A DNA stretch of 55,491 nucleotides from positions 1 through 55,491 of the forward strand of contig JAJZVF010000001.1 in assembly GCA_021845825.1 (NCBI GenBank), written 5' to 3'. The DNA comes from Pseudomonadota bacterium (GTDB taxonomy: Bacteria > Pseudomonadota > Gammaproteobacteria > Steroidobacterales > Steroidobacteraceae). Below, piece by piece: positions 37,970 through 47,629 of this stretch. The notes beneath the pieces are model-generated. The model made no database searches and had not been told where the DNA came from. It saw only the letters and a program-made list of their open reading frames with translations. The number at the start of each line of letters is the position of its first letter. Position 1 is the first letter of the stretch. The position numbers were made by a program, and so were the translations under genes.

Positions 37970-38623
37970 TCACGCCACGCCGTAGCGCTCGCGGTAGACG
38001 CGCAGCGCGGCAAGCTGCGCCTCCGAGATGACAGGCCCTCCGGGCCGGGAAAGCGCCTCGATGAGGTCCGCGAGGGTGAGCACGCTCACGGTCTTCACAC
38101 CGTGCTCGCGCTCGAGCTCCTGCGTGGCACTGAGCGTGCCCTGGCCTCTTTCCTGGCGGTCGAGCGCGAACACGCAGCCCACCGGCTCAGCGCCCGCGTC
38201 CCGGATCAAAGACAACGACTCGCGCACCGCCGTGCCCGCCGTGACCACATCATCGATCACCAGCACGCGCCCGGCGAGCGGCGCACCGATCAGCCTGCCG
38301 CCCTCGCCATGGGCCTTGGCCTCCTTGCGATTGAAGGCGTAGGGCACACTACGGCCGTAGTGCTCGAACAGCGCTGCTGCCGTCGCCGCCGCCAGCGGTA
38401 TGCCCTTGTACGCAGGCCCGAACAGCATGTCGAAACCGATGGCGGAGTGCATGATCGCGGCGGCGTAGGAGCGGCCGAGGACCGCAATCGCCTCGCCATC
38501 GCTGAACAGGCCGGCATTGAAGAAATACGGACTTTCGCGGCCGGACTTGAGCGTGAACCGCCCAAAGCGCAGCGCCGCGCGCGACAGCGCCAATTCGATG
38601 AAACCAAGCTGATAATCCTGCAT
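37970..38623 (-). CDS. pyrE: Orotate phosphoribosyltransferase
   Basis: FGRFTLKSGRESPYFFNAGLF...VLVIDDVVTAGTA (PRPP-binding loop). Confidence 0.95.
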   Translation of the reverse strand: MQDYQLGFIELALSRAALRFGRFTLKSGRESPYFFNAGLFSDGEAIAVLGRSYAAAIMHSAIGFDMLFGPAYKGIPLAAATAAALFEHYGRSVPYAFNRKEAKAHGEGGRLIGAPLAGRVLVIDDVVTAGTAVRESLSLIRDAGAEPVGCVFALDRQERGQGTLSATQELEREHGVKTVSVLTLADLIEALSRPGGPVISEAQLAALRVYRERYGVA

Positions 38624-38735
38624 GGCACTATCATTGCCCGATGCATACCCGGCGCGTCAATCTCTGTCTCGGTCACCCGGCACAGCGCAGGGCGCGCAGG
38701 CCGTGACCCCGGGCTCGCGCCCCGAGGCTGCCGGT

Positions 38736-40130
38736 ATGCTCGCCAAGTGGCGGGCCGCGCTCGCCGTGTACCGCCAGAGGAACATGATCGCGATGCTGTT
38801 CCTCGGCTTCTCGAGCGGACTGCCCTTCCTGCTGGTGTTCTCGACGCTGTCGGTCTGGCTGCGTCAGGCCGGCATCGAGCGCTCGACCATCGGCATGCTT
38901 GCCTGGGTCGGCTTTGCCTATTCGTTCGAGTTCGTGTTCTCGCCGCTCATCGACCGATTGCAGCTGCCGCTGCTGCACCGGCTCCTCGGCCGGCGCCGCT
39001 CGTGGATGCTGCTGGCGCAAATCGGCATCGCGGTCGGCTTGGCTCGGCTCGCGACGATCGATCCCGCCACGGGCATGGGCCCGATCGCGCTCGCGGCGCT
39101 GTTCGTGGCGTGCTGCTCGGCGGCGCAGGATGTCGCCATGAATGCCTGGCGCATCGAATCCGCCCCGGCGCAGATGCAGGGTGCCATGGCGGCAGCCTAC
39201 TCGGTCGGCTACCGCATCGCGATGATCGCCGCCAGCGCCGGCGCCCTCACGGTTGCCTCGGGCTTCGGCTGGCGCATGAGCTACGGCGCGATGGCCGCCC
39301 TGATGGGAGTCGGCCTGCTCACTACCCTGTTGGTCAAAGAGCCGACCGCAACCGCCACACGGGAGGAACAGGCGCGCGAAACGCGGGTGATCGACTGGCT
39401 GGAGCGCCGCGCCCACTGGCCCGCGGCGCTGAGGAAGGTCGGCGAATGGTTCATCGGCGCAGTGGTCTGCCCGCTGACGGATTTCTTCGGCCGATACGGC
39501 GTGCGTTTCGCGCTGGCCTGCCTGGCGTTCATCGGTTTGTATCAGATTACCGAGTTCACCATGGGCTCGATGGCCAATCCCTTCTATATCGACCATCGCT
39601 ATACCCTGGACCAGATTGCCATGGTGGTGAAGGTCTACGGCTTCTCCCTGTCGATCGCCGGCGTGTTCCTCGCCGGCATGCTGGTGGCGCGGATCGGGCT
39701 GGCGCGCGCGCTTGCAGTCGGCATTGCCCTGGCGATCTGCTCGAACCTGAGCTACTCGCTGCTCGCCACCACGCACACGCCCACCCTGCTCGGCCTGGGA
39801 CTGGTCAACGCGCTCGACAATCTCGCGCTCTCGGTCCAGGGCGTGGCGCTGATCGCCTTCATGTCGAGTCTCACCAGTCCCAAATACACTGCCACTCAAT
39901 ACGCGCTGTTTGCCTCGTTCTACGCGTTACCCGGGAAGCTTCTCGAGGGCACCTCCGGCTTCGTGGTCGAGCGCATCGGCTATCCCCATTTCTTTCTGTA
40001 CACCGCGAGCTTGAGCATCCCGGGCGTGCTGCTGCTGACATGGCTGTGGCTCAGGATTCCGGCTGACGCGGGCTCACCGGACGAGGCGTGCATGTTGGAG
40101 TCGGAGCGGATCGATGCCGGCGCCGGTTGA
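38736..40130 (+). CDS. ampG: AmpG-family muropeptide MFS transporter
   Basis: MLFLGFSSGLPFLLVFSTLSVWLRQAGIERSTIG...RRRSWMLLAQI. Start at ATG 38736. Confidence 0.88.
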   Translation: MLAKWRAALAVYRQRNMIAMLFLGFSSGLPFLLVFSTLSVWLRQAGIERSTIGMLAWVGFAYSFEFVFSPLIDRLQLPLLHRLLGRRRSWMLLAQIGIAVGLARLATIDPATGMGPIALAALFVACCSAAQDVAMNAWRIESAPAQMQGAMAAAYSVGYRIAMIAASAGALTVASGFGWRMSYGAMAALMGVGLLTTLLVKEPTATATREEQARETRVIDWLERRAHWPAALRKVGEWFIGAVVCPLTDFFGRYGVRFALACLAFIGLYQITEFTMGSMANPFYIDHRYTLDQIAMVVKVYGFSLSIAGVFLAGMLVARIGLARALAVGIALAICSNLSYSLLATTHTPTLLGLGLVNALDNLALSVQGVALIAFMSSLTSPKYTATQYALFASFYALPGKLLEGTSGFVVERIGYPHFFLYTASLSIPGVLLLTWLWLRIPADAGSPDEACMLESERIDAGAG

Positions 40131-40515
40131 AATCGACCTCGAGCGGGTGATCTGCCGGCTCGCCGATCTCGCAGAGCACGGTGCACGCGCGTTCACGCTC
40201 GGCGGCGGCGACTGGCCGATGCGCGGATTCGTCGTGCGTGCCGGGAACGGAGTGCGCGGCTACCTCAACCGCTGCCCGCATGCAGGCCATCCGCTGAACC
40301 TGCTTCCGCACCGCTTCTTGACGCCGGACCACGCCCTGATCCTGTGCACCTCGCACGGAGCGCTGTTCGAGAAAGAAAGCGGCCGGTGCCTGGCGGGCCC
40401 CTGCAGCGGGCAGGCGCTCGTCGCAATCCCTCTGCTCGTGGTGGCTGACTTGGTGCTGTTGGCTGATCCCGTCCCGCCGGCCGCGACAACGGCCGCCGCA
40501 AGGCGCACGCGATGA
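40114..40515 (+). CDS. Rieske (2Fe-2S) domain protein
   Basis: CPHAGHPL ... CTSHGALF Rieske ligand boxes. It overlaps the ampG 3' end by 17 nt. Confidence 0.85.
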   Translation: MPAPVEIDLERVICRLADLAEHGARAFTLGGGDWPMRGFVVRAGNGVRGYLNRCPHAGHPLNLLPHRFLTPDHALILCTSHGALFEKESGRCLAGPCSGQALVAIPLLVVADLVLLADPVPPAATTAAARRTR

Positions 40516-40616
40516 CGAGGGACTTGGCGTACGTCGACGGTCGGCATTCCCGCACGGAATGCATCCCTGGATGCGGCTATAATGAATGGAGTTTCGTCAC
40601 CGCAAGGACGGAGCCG

Positions 40617-41009
40617 ATGATCCGCAATTTCTCCGATCACGCAGCGAATGAGCGCACCTTCCTTGCCTGGGTACGGACCGCGATAGCCGTGATGGCGTTC
40701 GGTTTCCTGGTGGCCAAGTTCAATCTGTTCCTCAAGATCGCCGCACAGACCCTCGCCGGCGCCCATGGGCATGTCATCGCCGTACGCGGCGGCCGGTTCG
40801 GCGATGTAGCCGGATTGGCGCTGATCGTGGCCGGTACCGCCATGGTGGCGATGGCGGCGATCCGATTCATCCGCACCGGACGCGCGATCGACAGCCCGGA
40901 ACAATGCGCCGACAATGCGCGTGCGGACCTCACCTTGTCGGCGCTCATCCTGGTGCTAGGGATCTCGCTCGTGCTGTACGTATCTCACGTGCTGTGGAGC
41001 GGCTTGTGA
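40617..41009 (+). CDS. DUF202 (YidH-like) membrane protein
   Basis: ANERTFLAWVRTAIAVMAFGF is the DUF202 signature. Start at ATG 40617. Confidence 0.8.
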   Translation: MIRNFSDHAANERTFLAWVRTAIAVMAFGFLVAKFNLFLKIAAQTLAGAHGHVIAVRGGRFGDVAGLALIVAGTAMVAMAAIRFIRTGRAIDSPEQCADNARADLTLSALILVLGISLVLYVSHVLWSGL

Positions 41010-41137
41010 GCCACCGAGGCATCCGGCAGTTGCACTCGCGGCACGCGGGCCAATGAGTCGCACGGTGGCGGGCAATCCGTCATCCCACATCCGAGGCGGC
41101 CTAAGGACCGAACGGTCGGGCCGTCGCTCACAGCGAT

Positions 41138-41452
41138 TCATTCAAACAGATCGAGGCCATCGAGCGTACCTGCCTGCGGGGCGGTGTCCTCGGTGAATGG
41201 CTCCCCGCCCCGGGACTCCTCGTCGCCGGACTCCACATCCACGGAGCCGCTCCAGTCCTCCGGAGGCTCGGCGGCCTCGATCAGGCCCTCTTCCGACTGC
41301 GCCTCCCAGTCCTCGCGGTCCATCTCCTCGACCGTACCGTCGAAGTACTGGATGTCGATGGTGCCATCGTCGTCGTCGACCGCGACCACTTCGAACAGCT
41401 CGCCGCCATTCGAGCGATACCAGTCACCGATTCTTGGTTGTGGAGCCACCAT
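41138..41452 (-). CDS. Small highly acidic hypothetical protein
   Basis: 104 aa, IGDWYRSNGGELFEVVAVDDDDGTIDIQYFDGTVEEMDREDWE... It resembles a conserved proteobacterial family of small acidic proteins; the name is uncertain. Confidence 0.65.
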   Translation of the reverse strand: MVAPQPRIGDWYRSNGGELFEVVAVDDDDGTIDIQYFDGTVEEMDREDWEAQSEEGLIEAAEPPEDWSGSVDVESGDEESRGGEPFTEDTAPQAGTLDGLDLFE

Positions 41453-41622
41453 GGTGAGTTCTCTCCGCGAAGCCGTCCCCGACGCCTCGGATCACGCGTC
41501 CCGGCGGTGGCGCATGGCAGCGCCCGAAGAGTCGCGGAGCTGATATCCTGCGCCCGCCGGGCGAGAGACGTACGTGCATGTTGCGCCTCGCCTGCGCCGC
41601 TTTCAAGAACGGGAAGTTCCGA

Positions 41623-42267
41623 ATGCCATCCACGCTCGAGCAGCCCCTGAAGTTCTTCGTGGTCTTTATCGCTGTGGTCGAGCCCATCTCGCTGCTGCCG
41701 GTGTTCAGCAGCCTCACCCAGGGAGCTACCAGCGAATACCGTCACCGCATGGCCCTTAAGGCCACGGTCGTCGCGGCAGTGATCCTCGCGCTGTTCGCCC
41801 TCGGCGGGGCGCCGTTCCTCGCCCTCATGGGCATCAGTATCGGGGCGTTCCGGATCTTCGGAGGGGTGCTGCTGTTCCTGCTGGCGCTCGAAATGGTGTT
41901 CGCCCGCGAATCCGGCAGCCGAACCTCGAGGGACGAGCAGGCCGAGAGCCACCGGCGCGCGGACATCTCGGTGGTTCCGCTGGCCTTCCCGTTCATTACC
42001 GGACCCGGAGCGCTCGCCACCGTGTTGTTGTGGTTCGGGCCGCTGCATCTGCTGCAGGAGCCGTTGCAATTCCTGCTCCTGTTCCTCGCGGCGCTGATCG
42101 TGCTGGCGATCGCGCTGATCATCATGTGGCTTGCCGAGCCGCTGATGCGGATCATCGGGGTGACCGGGGTCAACGTGGCCGGCCGACTCTTTGGTGTGGT
42201 GCTCGGCGCGCTCGCCGTTCAGTTCGTGGTCGACGGCTTGCGGTCCGCATTCCTACATGGAAGCTGA
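41623..42267 (+). CDS. MarC-family (UPF0056) integral membrane protein
   Basis: FVVFIAVVEPISLLPVF...VPLAFPFITGPGALATV. Start at ATG 41623. Confidence 0.85.
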   Translation: MPSTLEQPLKFFVVFIAVVEPISLLPVFSSLTQGATSEYRHRMALKATVVAAVILALFALGGAPFLALMGISIGAFRIFGGVLLFLLALEMVFARESGSRTSRDEQAESHRRADISVVPLAFPFITGPGALATVLLWFGPLHLLQEPLQFLLLFLAALIVLAIALIIMWLAEPLMRIIGVTGVNVAGRLFGVVLGALAVQFVVDGLRSAFLHGS

Positions 42268-42270
42268 CGC

Positions 42271-42954
42271 TTAGACTCTGCTAAAGGCCAAGTCCCACAC
42301 CGCGTACCCCAGGCGCTCGCCCCGCCGCTCGAAACGGGTCGCCTGGCGCTCACCGGGACGAGGGACGTACCCCCCATCCGGCGCCAGGTTGCGCAGGCGC
42401 GGCTCGGCCGACAGATGGGCGAGCATCTCCTCGGCGTAGGGCGCCCAGTCCGTCGCCAGGCGCACCGTGCCGCCGCTTTTCAGCCGCTCGGCCAGGATGC
42501 CGACAAAGGCCGGCTGAATCAGGCGCCGCTTGTGATGGCGTTTCTTCGGCCAGGGGTCCGGGAAAAGGACCAGGATCTCGTCCAGGCACGGTCCTGGCAG
42601 GTACCGCTCGAGCACCTCCACTGCGTCATGGCGGATCACCCGGACATTGCTCGATCCCCGCTCCTCGAGCCGCAGCAGCAGCCGCCCCACCCCGGGCCGA
42701 TGCACCTCGATGCCGAGAAAATCCTGCTCCGGATGGGCCTGCGCCAGAGCAAGCAGGTGGTCGCCGTTGCCGAAGCCGATCTCGGCCACGCGGGTCGCCT
42801 CTCGGCCGAACAGCACACCGAGGTCGATCGGGCCATCCAGGTCGAGGCCGTATTTCGGCCACAGTGTCTGCAGCGCCCGCTCCTGCGCGGGCGTGATACG
42901 TCCGGCGCGGGTCACGAACGAGCGGACGCCACGGGAATGGTCTGCGTGATTCAA
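42271..42954 (-). CDS. trmB: tRNA (guanosine(46)-N7)-methyltransferase
   Basis: RSFVTRAGRITPAQERAL...EIGFGNGDHL...LFPDPWPKKRHHKRRL. Confidence 0.93.
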   Translation of the reverse strand: MNHADHSRGVRSFVTRAGRITPAQERALQTLWPKYGLDLDGPIDLGVLFGREATRVAEIGFGNGDHLLALAQAHPEQDFLGIEVHRPGVGRLLLRLEERGSSNVRVIRHDAVEVLERYLPGPCLDEILVLFPDPWPKKRHHKRRLIQPAFVGILAERLKSGGTVRLATDWAPYAEEMLAHLSAEPRLRNLAPDGGYVPRPGERQATRFERRGERLGYAVWDLAFSRV

Positions 42955-42963
42955 CCCTGATAC

Positions 42964-43293
42964 CTAACTGACGGTGGGCAGGCCGAGGGCCTTCCAGGCC
43001 GTGATGCCGCCGGCCATGTGCGCAGCCGGCTGACCTGCGGCCTTGCGCAATCGCGCGGCAGTGAGCGAACGGCCGCCAACGGCGCAATGGAACACCACCA
43101 TGCGCCGGCCGTCGGCCGGCAGGTGCTCGACATCGAACGTGGATAGCGGATAGAGCAACGCGCCGGGGATGCGCTCCATGGAGTACTCGCCAGGCTCGCG
43201 CACATCGACCAGCAGAATGCGCCCCTCGGCAAGCAGCGTCTGCACGGCGTGGGGACCATATTCGATGACCCCGTCGGTGGCGAGTCGATTCAT
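42964..43293 (-). CDS. Rhodanese-like domain protein
   Basis: 109 aa. LLVDVREPGEYSMERIPGALL and the active-site loop FHCAVGGRS. Start at ATG 43293. Confidence 0.85.
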   Translation of the reverse strand: MNRLATDGVIEYGPHAVQTLLAEGRILLVDVREPGEYSMERIPGALLYPLSTFDVEHLPADGRRMVVFHCAVGGRSLTAARLRKAAGQPAAHMAGGITAWKALGLPTVS

Positions 43294-43352
43294 AGGACCG
43301 ATTCTAGCTTGAGCCGTCGATAGTGCGGCAAGTCCGCGTGCTGCTGCCGATG

Positions 43353-44717
43353 TCATGCACCGGGCGGCGACTTCAGCGCCGGGAGCTGCTCGTACACCAG
43401 CGTTTGCGCGAGCTCGAAGTCGATCGCGCCCGAAGGGGCGCGCCGGCGGTCGAGCTCTGCAACGATCGCGAGCTGTCGCTGTCCGCGCCGCAGTGCCTCC
43501 AGGTAGGAGATCTCCGGGTGGAACATCACCATCGAATAGCGCGGAATGAACCGGTCCGGGAAGCGCCTCTCCAACGCGAATGCGAGCTGCTTGTGCCGCA
43601 GAAAGGCAGGATCGCGCACCCCATCGCGCATCTCGAGGTAGTTCTCGAGTGCCATTTGCGCGATGGCCTCGGTGTCCGGCCGGCGCAGCCGCTCGAACTC
43701 GCCGAACAGCTCTTGCCAGCCACCGCAGCGCACGAGCAGGTCGTCGAACACCGTGCAGTCCTCGAAGCCCGCGTTCATCCCCTGGCCGTGGAACGGAACA
43801 ATGGCATGCGCGGCATCTCCGAGCAGCAACGCCTGGCCGCCGAGGTGCCAGCCGGTGGTGCGCACCGTGGCAAGCGTCCCTTGCGGGTTGCGGCGAAAGT
43901 CGCCGAGCAGGTGCGGCAGGTACGGCTGCAAATCCGGGAATTGCGCTGCGAAAAACCGCTCGGCGGCGCAAGGCTCCGTCAATGCGGCGAAGCTCGGCAC
44001 GCCAGCGCGTGCCAGAAACAGCGTCACTGTGAAACTGCCGTCCGGGTTCGGGAGCGCGATCAGCATGAATCCGCCCCGGGGCCAGATGTGCAGCGCGCCC
44101 GGATCGAGCACGTGCCGGCCGGCCACAGCCGGCAGAGTCATCTCTTTGTAGTCGTGATCGAGCGGTTCGATCCGCACGGCAGCGACGCCGGCGGCGGCGA
44201 GCGCACCGCGCAGCGCCGAGCCGGCGCCGTCGGCTGCGATGATCGCACCGGGCACCTCCTCGTATCTGCGCCCGGATTGCTCATCCTGCAACAGCAACCG
44301 TCCGCCGGCAGGATCGAGGCCGACGCACCGCTGGCCAAAGCGCAATTCCACCCCGGCCCTCCCGGCCGCCTCGATGAGGACACGATTGAGCGCCGCGCGC
44401 CCGACCGAGTAGTTGACCTCCCCGGACCATTGTCCGTACGGCTGGAACGTAGGCTCAGCCATGCACTCGTGCACCAGGCGACCGCGCATCGGAATCAGCA
44501 GGGGCGCGACTTCACCGTACACTCCGGCGCGCTCGAGCGGCCGGATACCGCGGGCGGACAACGCCAGATTGATCGACCGGCCCGCTTCCATGCGGCCGAT
44601 GCGCGGGTCCGGCCGGCGCTCGTAAAGCGTCACCGAAAATCCTCGCCGCGCCAGCATCAGCGCCAGCAGCGGCCCGGTGAGGCCCGCCCCGACGATCGTC
44701 GCCTGCGGCGGTGTCAT
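43353..44717 (-). CDS. kmo: Kynurenine 3-monooxygenase (FAD-dependent)
   Basis: IVGAGLTGPLLALMLARRGFSVTLYERRPD...SINLALSARG...LLGDAAHAIVPFHGQGMNAGFED. ATGA overlap with kynU. Confidence 0.88.
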   Translation of the reverse strand: MTPPQATIVGAGLTGPLLALMLARRGFSVTLYERRPDPRIGRMEAGRSINLALSARGIRPLERAGVYGEVAPLLIPMRGRLVHECMAEPTFQPYGQWSGEVNYSVGRAALNRVLIEAAGRAGVELRFGQRCVGLDPAGGRLLLQDEQSGRRYEEVPGAIIAADGAGSALRGALAAAGVAAVRIEPLDHDYKEMTLPAVAGRHVLDPGALHIWPRGGFMLIALPNPDGSFTVTLFLARAGVPSFAALTEPCAAERFFAAQFPDLQPYLPHLLGDFRRNPQGTLATVRTTGWHLGGQALLLGDAAHAIVPFHGQGMNAGFEDCTVFDDLLVRCGGWQELFGEFERLRRPDTEAIAQMALENYLEMRDGVRDPAFLRHKQLAFALERRFPDRFIPRYSMVMFHPEISYLEALRRGQRQLAIVAELDRRRAPSGAIDFELAQTLVYEQLPALKSPPGA

Positions 44718-45988
44718 CGGCCGTTTGACCGCAGTGCTTCTTCGAGACGCACGACGAAGCTGAATACGTCCTCGAACCCATTGTAAAGCGGTACGGGAGC
44801 GGCCCGGATGATGTCCGGTTTCCTCCAGTCGCATATCGCGCCGTGCGCGGCGAGCCATTCAAACACCCGCCGGCTGCGCTCGGGCCCTCCGTCGAGGCGC
44901 AACGAGAGCTGTGCGCCGCGCGCGGCGCCGGCGCGGGGCGTGATCACGCGCACCTGCGGGGTGCGCTCGCCAATGAGCTGCTCGAGAAACGCAGTAAGCG
45001 CGACCGACTTCTCACGCAGACGCTGCATGCCGGCCTCCCGAAACAGCTCCAGAGAGGCAACCAGCGGCGCCGCGCCCAGCACCGACTGATTGCTCAACTG
45101 AAAGCCGGCCGCGCCGGCAGCGGCGCGAAAGTCATGCGGCATTTCGAAGCGGGTGGCGAGTTCGTGGGCCCACCAGCCGGCGAGCCGCGGCCGCGCCGGA
45201 TCGCAGTGCCGCCGGTGCACGAAGCAGCCGCCAATCGCACCGGGTCCGGCGTTGAGATATTTGTAGCTGCACCAGACGGCGAAGTCCGCCGCGCTGTCAC
45301 GCAGCGGGAACGGCATGTTGCCCACGGAGTGCGCAAGATCGAACCCGACGAGGGCACCGGCGGCGTGCGCGGCGCGCGCAACGCGCGCCAGGTCGAACGC
45401 CTGGCCGGTAAGGTACTGCACCCCGGGCCAGAGCACGAGCGCGATTTCCTCGCCGCGCCTCTCGAGCAGCGCCTCAACGTCTTCCTCGCGCAGGCACTCC
45501 TCCCCGGCTCGGGGCGCGATCTCGATCAGCGCCTCGGCAGGCGCCACGCCATGCCACTGCAGGTGCGTCGCGGCCGCGTACCGGTCGGATGGGAAGGCTC
45601 CCGCCTCGATCACGATACAGCGACGCCGCCCCGATGGACGGTAAAAGCTGGCCAGCATCAACTGCAGATTGACACTGAGGGAGTTCATGATCGCGATCTC
45701 GTCGGTCCGGCAGCCCAGCAGCTCGGCGGTCGGCGCTGCGAGCGCATCGTGATAGGTGATCCACGGCCGCCGCGCGCCTTCGTGTCCGAGCACCGCGAGG
45801 CGCGCCCAATCATCGACTGCCGCGGCAAGCTCGGCGCGCGCCGCAAGTGGCATCAGCCCCAGAGAATGCCCGCACAGGTAGATGGCCGGCCGGCCGTCGG
45901 CCGCGAGCGGCAGCGCGAAACGCCCGCGCAGCCGCTGCAGAGGATCGACGGCGTCGCGCTGCAGCGCCTCTTCTCGGGTCAGCGCCAT
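44714..45988 (-). CDS. kynU: Kynureninase
   Basis: IYLCGHSLGLMP...VGFDLAHSVGNMP...WCSYKYLNAGPG (PLP-Lys region). Confidence 0.92.
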   Translation of the reverse strand: MALTREEALQRDAVDPLQRLRGRFALPLAADGRPAIYLCGHSLGLMPLAARAELAAAVDDWARLAVLGHEGARRPWITYHDALAAPTAELLGCRTDEIAIMNSLSVNLQLMLASFYRPSGRRRCIVIEAGAFPSDRYAAATHLQWHGVAPAEALIEIAPRAGEECLREEDVEALLERRGEEIALVLWPGVQYLTGQAFDLARVARAAHAAGALVGFDLAHSVGNMPFPLRDSAADFAVWCSYKYLNAGPGAIGGCFVHRRHCDPARPRLAGWWAHELATRFEMPHDFRAAAGAAGFQLSNQSVLGAAPLVASLELFREAGMQRLREKSVALTAFLEQLIGERTPQVRVITPRAGAARGAQLSLRLDGGPERSRRVFEWLAAHGAICDWRKPDIIRAAPVPLYNGFEDVFSFVVRLEEALRSNGR

Positions 45989-47628
45989 CAGCCGATCACT
46001 TCCCCCGCAGCCGCTGCGCCGCTGCGGTGTTCGCTCGCACCGCGCTTCAGCAGCAGAACGATGGGCGAAATGACCAGCGTGAACAGCAACAGAGCGCGAA
46101 AGACATCGGCGAAGGACATCATCAGCACCTGCCGCTGCATGAGCGCGTAGATCTCACCCACGGCCACGTGCCGCGCCGCGGCGGGCGCCACCCCACGGGT
46201 GACGAGCACATGCGCCAGCACCCCGACCGTGTGCTCATAAACGGGATTGAGCCGCTGCAGTCCGCTCACCATGCGCACCTGGTGAAACTGTTCCCGGCGC
46301 GCGAGCAGCGCCTGCACCATGCCGATACCGATGCTGCCGCCGAGGTTGCGGGCTACGTTGATGATCGCCGTCGCATTGCCGGTACGCTGCGGCGGCACAC
46401 CGATGTAGGCTGCAGTCATCAACGGGACGAACAGAAACGGAATACCGCCCGACTGCCATGCCCGGGCGATAGCGATATCGGTAAATGTCTCATCAACGGT
46501 GAAGCGGGACATCGTCCACAACGACATGGCGATCACCGCAAAGGCGATCAGCATGAGAATGCGCGGCTGCACCCGCCCGGTGAGCACGCCGGAGAGCGGC
46601 ATGGTCACCATCGTGATCATGCCGCCGAAGGTGAGCACCAGACCGGCCTCGGTCGCGGTATAGCCAAAAACCTGCTGCACCATCTGCGGCACAAACTGAG
46701 TCGTGCCGAAGAGGATGACCCCAATGACCATGACGATGAGCGTACCGGCGGCGAAATTCCGGTGTCTGAACAGATGCATGTCAAGCAGCGGCCGGTCGGT
46801 CCACAGCTCCCAGATCACGAAGCAGGCGATGCATACGCCGGCGATCAGCGCCGCGATACGAATCAATGGACTGGCGAACCAGTCGTCCTGCACGCCGCGA
46901 TCCGTCATCACTTCGAGAAACGCCAGGCCGAGGGCAATAAGCGCGGCGCCCGGGAAGTCGAAATGAATGCCGCGCTGCCACCGCGCGCGACGCTCCTCGA
47001 TCAACAGCGGCGGCTCGGCGACGAACGCCTGCACCAGCGCCAGGGACAGGATTCCGATCGGCACGTTGATGAGGAAGATCCAGTGCCAGGAGAAGCGGTC
47101 GGTAATCACGCCGCCGAGCAGCGGTCCCAACATGGGCGCCAGGATCACCGTGAAGCTGTAGACGGCCATCGCCTTGCCCCTGGAGGCCGGATGGAACGAG
47201 TCCACCAGCATCGCCTGCGTATTGGGCTGTAGCCCGCCGCCGCCCAATCCCTGCGCTACGCGCGACACGATCAGGAACGGCAGCGACGGGGCCAGACCAC
47301 AACACAGAGAGGATACTGTAAACAGGGCGACGCTCAACATGTAGTAGCGTTTGCGTCCAATCACATCGCTCAACCAGCTGCTCATGGGTATGACCACGGC
47401 ATTGGCCACCAGGTAGGTGGTAAGCACCCAGGTTGCCTCGTCGTAGCTCACCGCCAGAGAGCCGGCGATGTGGCGCAACGACACGTTGGCAATCGCGGTG
47501 TCCAGCACCTCCATGAACGCCGAGATGGATATGATGACGGCGATCAACCACGGGCTGTGCCGTCCGGCGGCGGAGCGCGCCGGCGTCCAGACATGGGCCG
47601 CCGGGCCGTCAGCGCTTGCTGCGGGCAC
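45988..47628 (-). CDS. DHA2-family MFS efflux permease (EmrB-like, 14 TMS)
   Basis: FMEVLDTAIANVSLRHIAGSL...WLSDVIGRKR...QGLGGGGL. GTG start at 47628, 2 nt after the emrA-like stop. The longer track ORF N-terminus overlaps the upstream gene. Confidence 0.9.
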   Translation of the reverse strand: MPAASADGPAAHVWTPARSAAGRHSPWLIAVIISISAFMEVLDTAIANVSLRHIAGSLAVSYDEATWVLTTYLVANAVVIPMSSWLSDVIGRKRYYMLSVALFTVSSLCCGLAPSLPFLIVSRVAQGLGGGGLQPNTQAMLVDSFHPASRGKAMAVYSFTVILAPMLGPLLGGVITDRFSWHWIFLINVPIGILSLALVQAFVAEPPLLIEERRARWQRGIHFDFPGAALIALGLAFLEVMTDRGVQDDWFASPLIRIAALIAGVCIACFVIWELWTDRPLLDMHLFRHRNFAAGTLIVMVIGVILFGTTQFVPQMVQQVFGYTATEAGLVLTFGGMITMVTMPLSGVLTGRVQPRILMLIAFAVIAMSLWTMSRFTVDETFTDIAIARAWQSGGIPFLFVPLMTAAYIGVPPQRTGNATAIINVARNLGGSIGIGMVQALLARREQFHQVRMVSGLQRLNPVYEHTVGVLAHVLVTRGVAPAAARHVAVGEIYALMQRQVLMMSFADVFRALLLFTLVISPIVLLLKRGASEHRSGAAAAGEVIG

Positions 47629-47629
47629 G

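Noticed and set aside
37904-40066. 720-aa plus-strand ORF.
   Set aside because: It is antisense to pyrE and out of frame with ampG, it has a low-complexity Arg/Ala/Gly composition, and both overlapped genes have strong family signatures.
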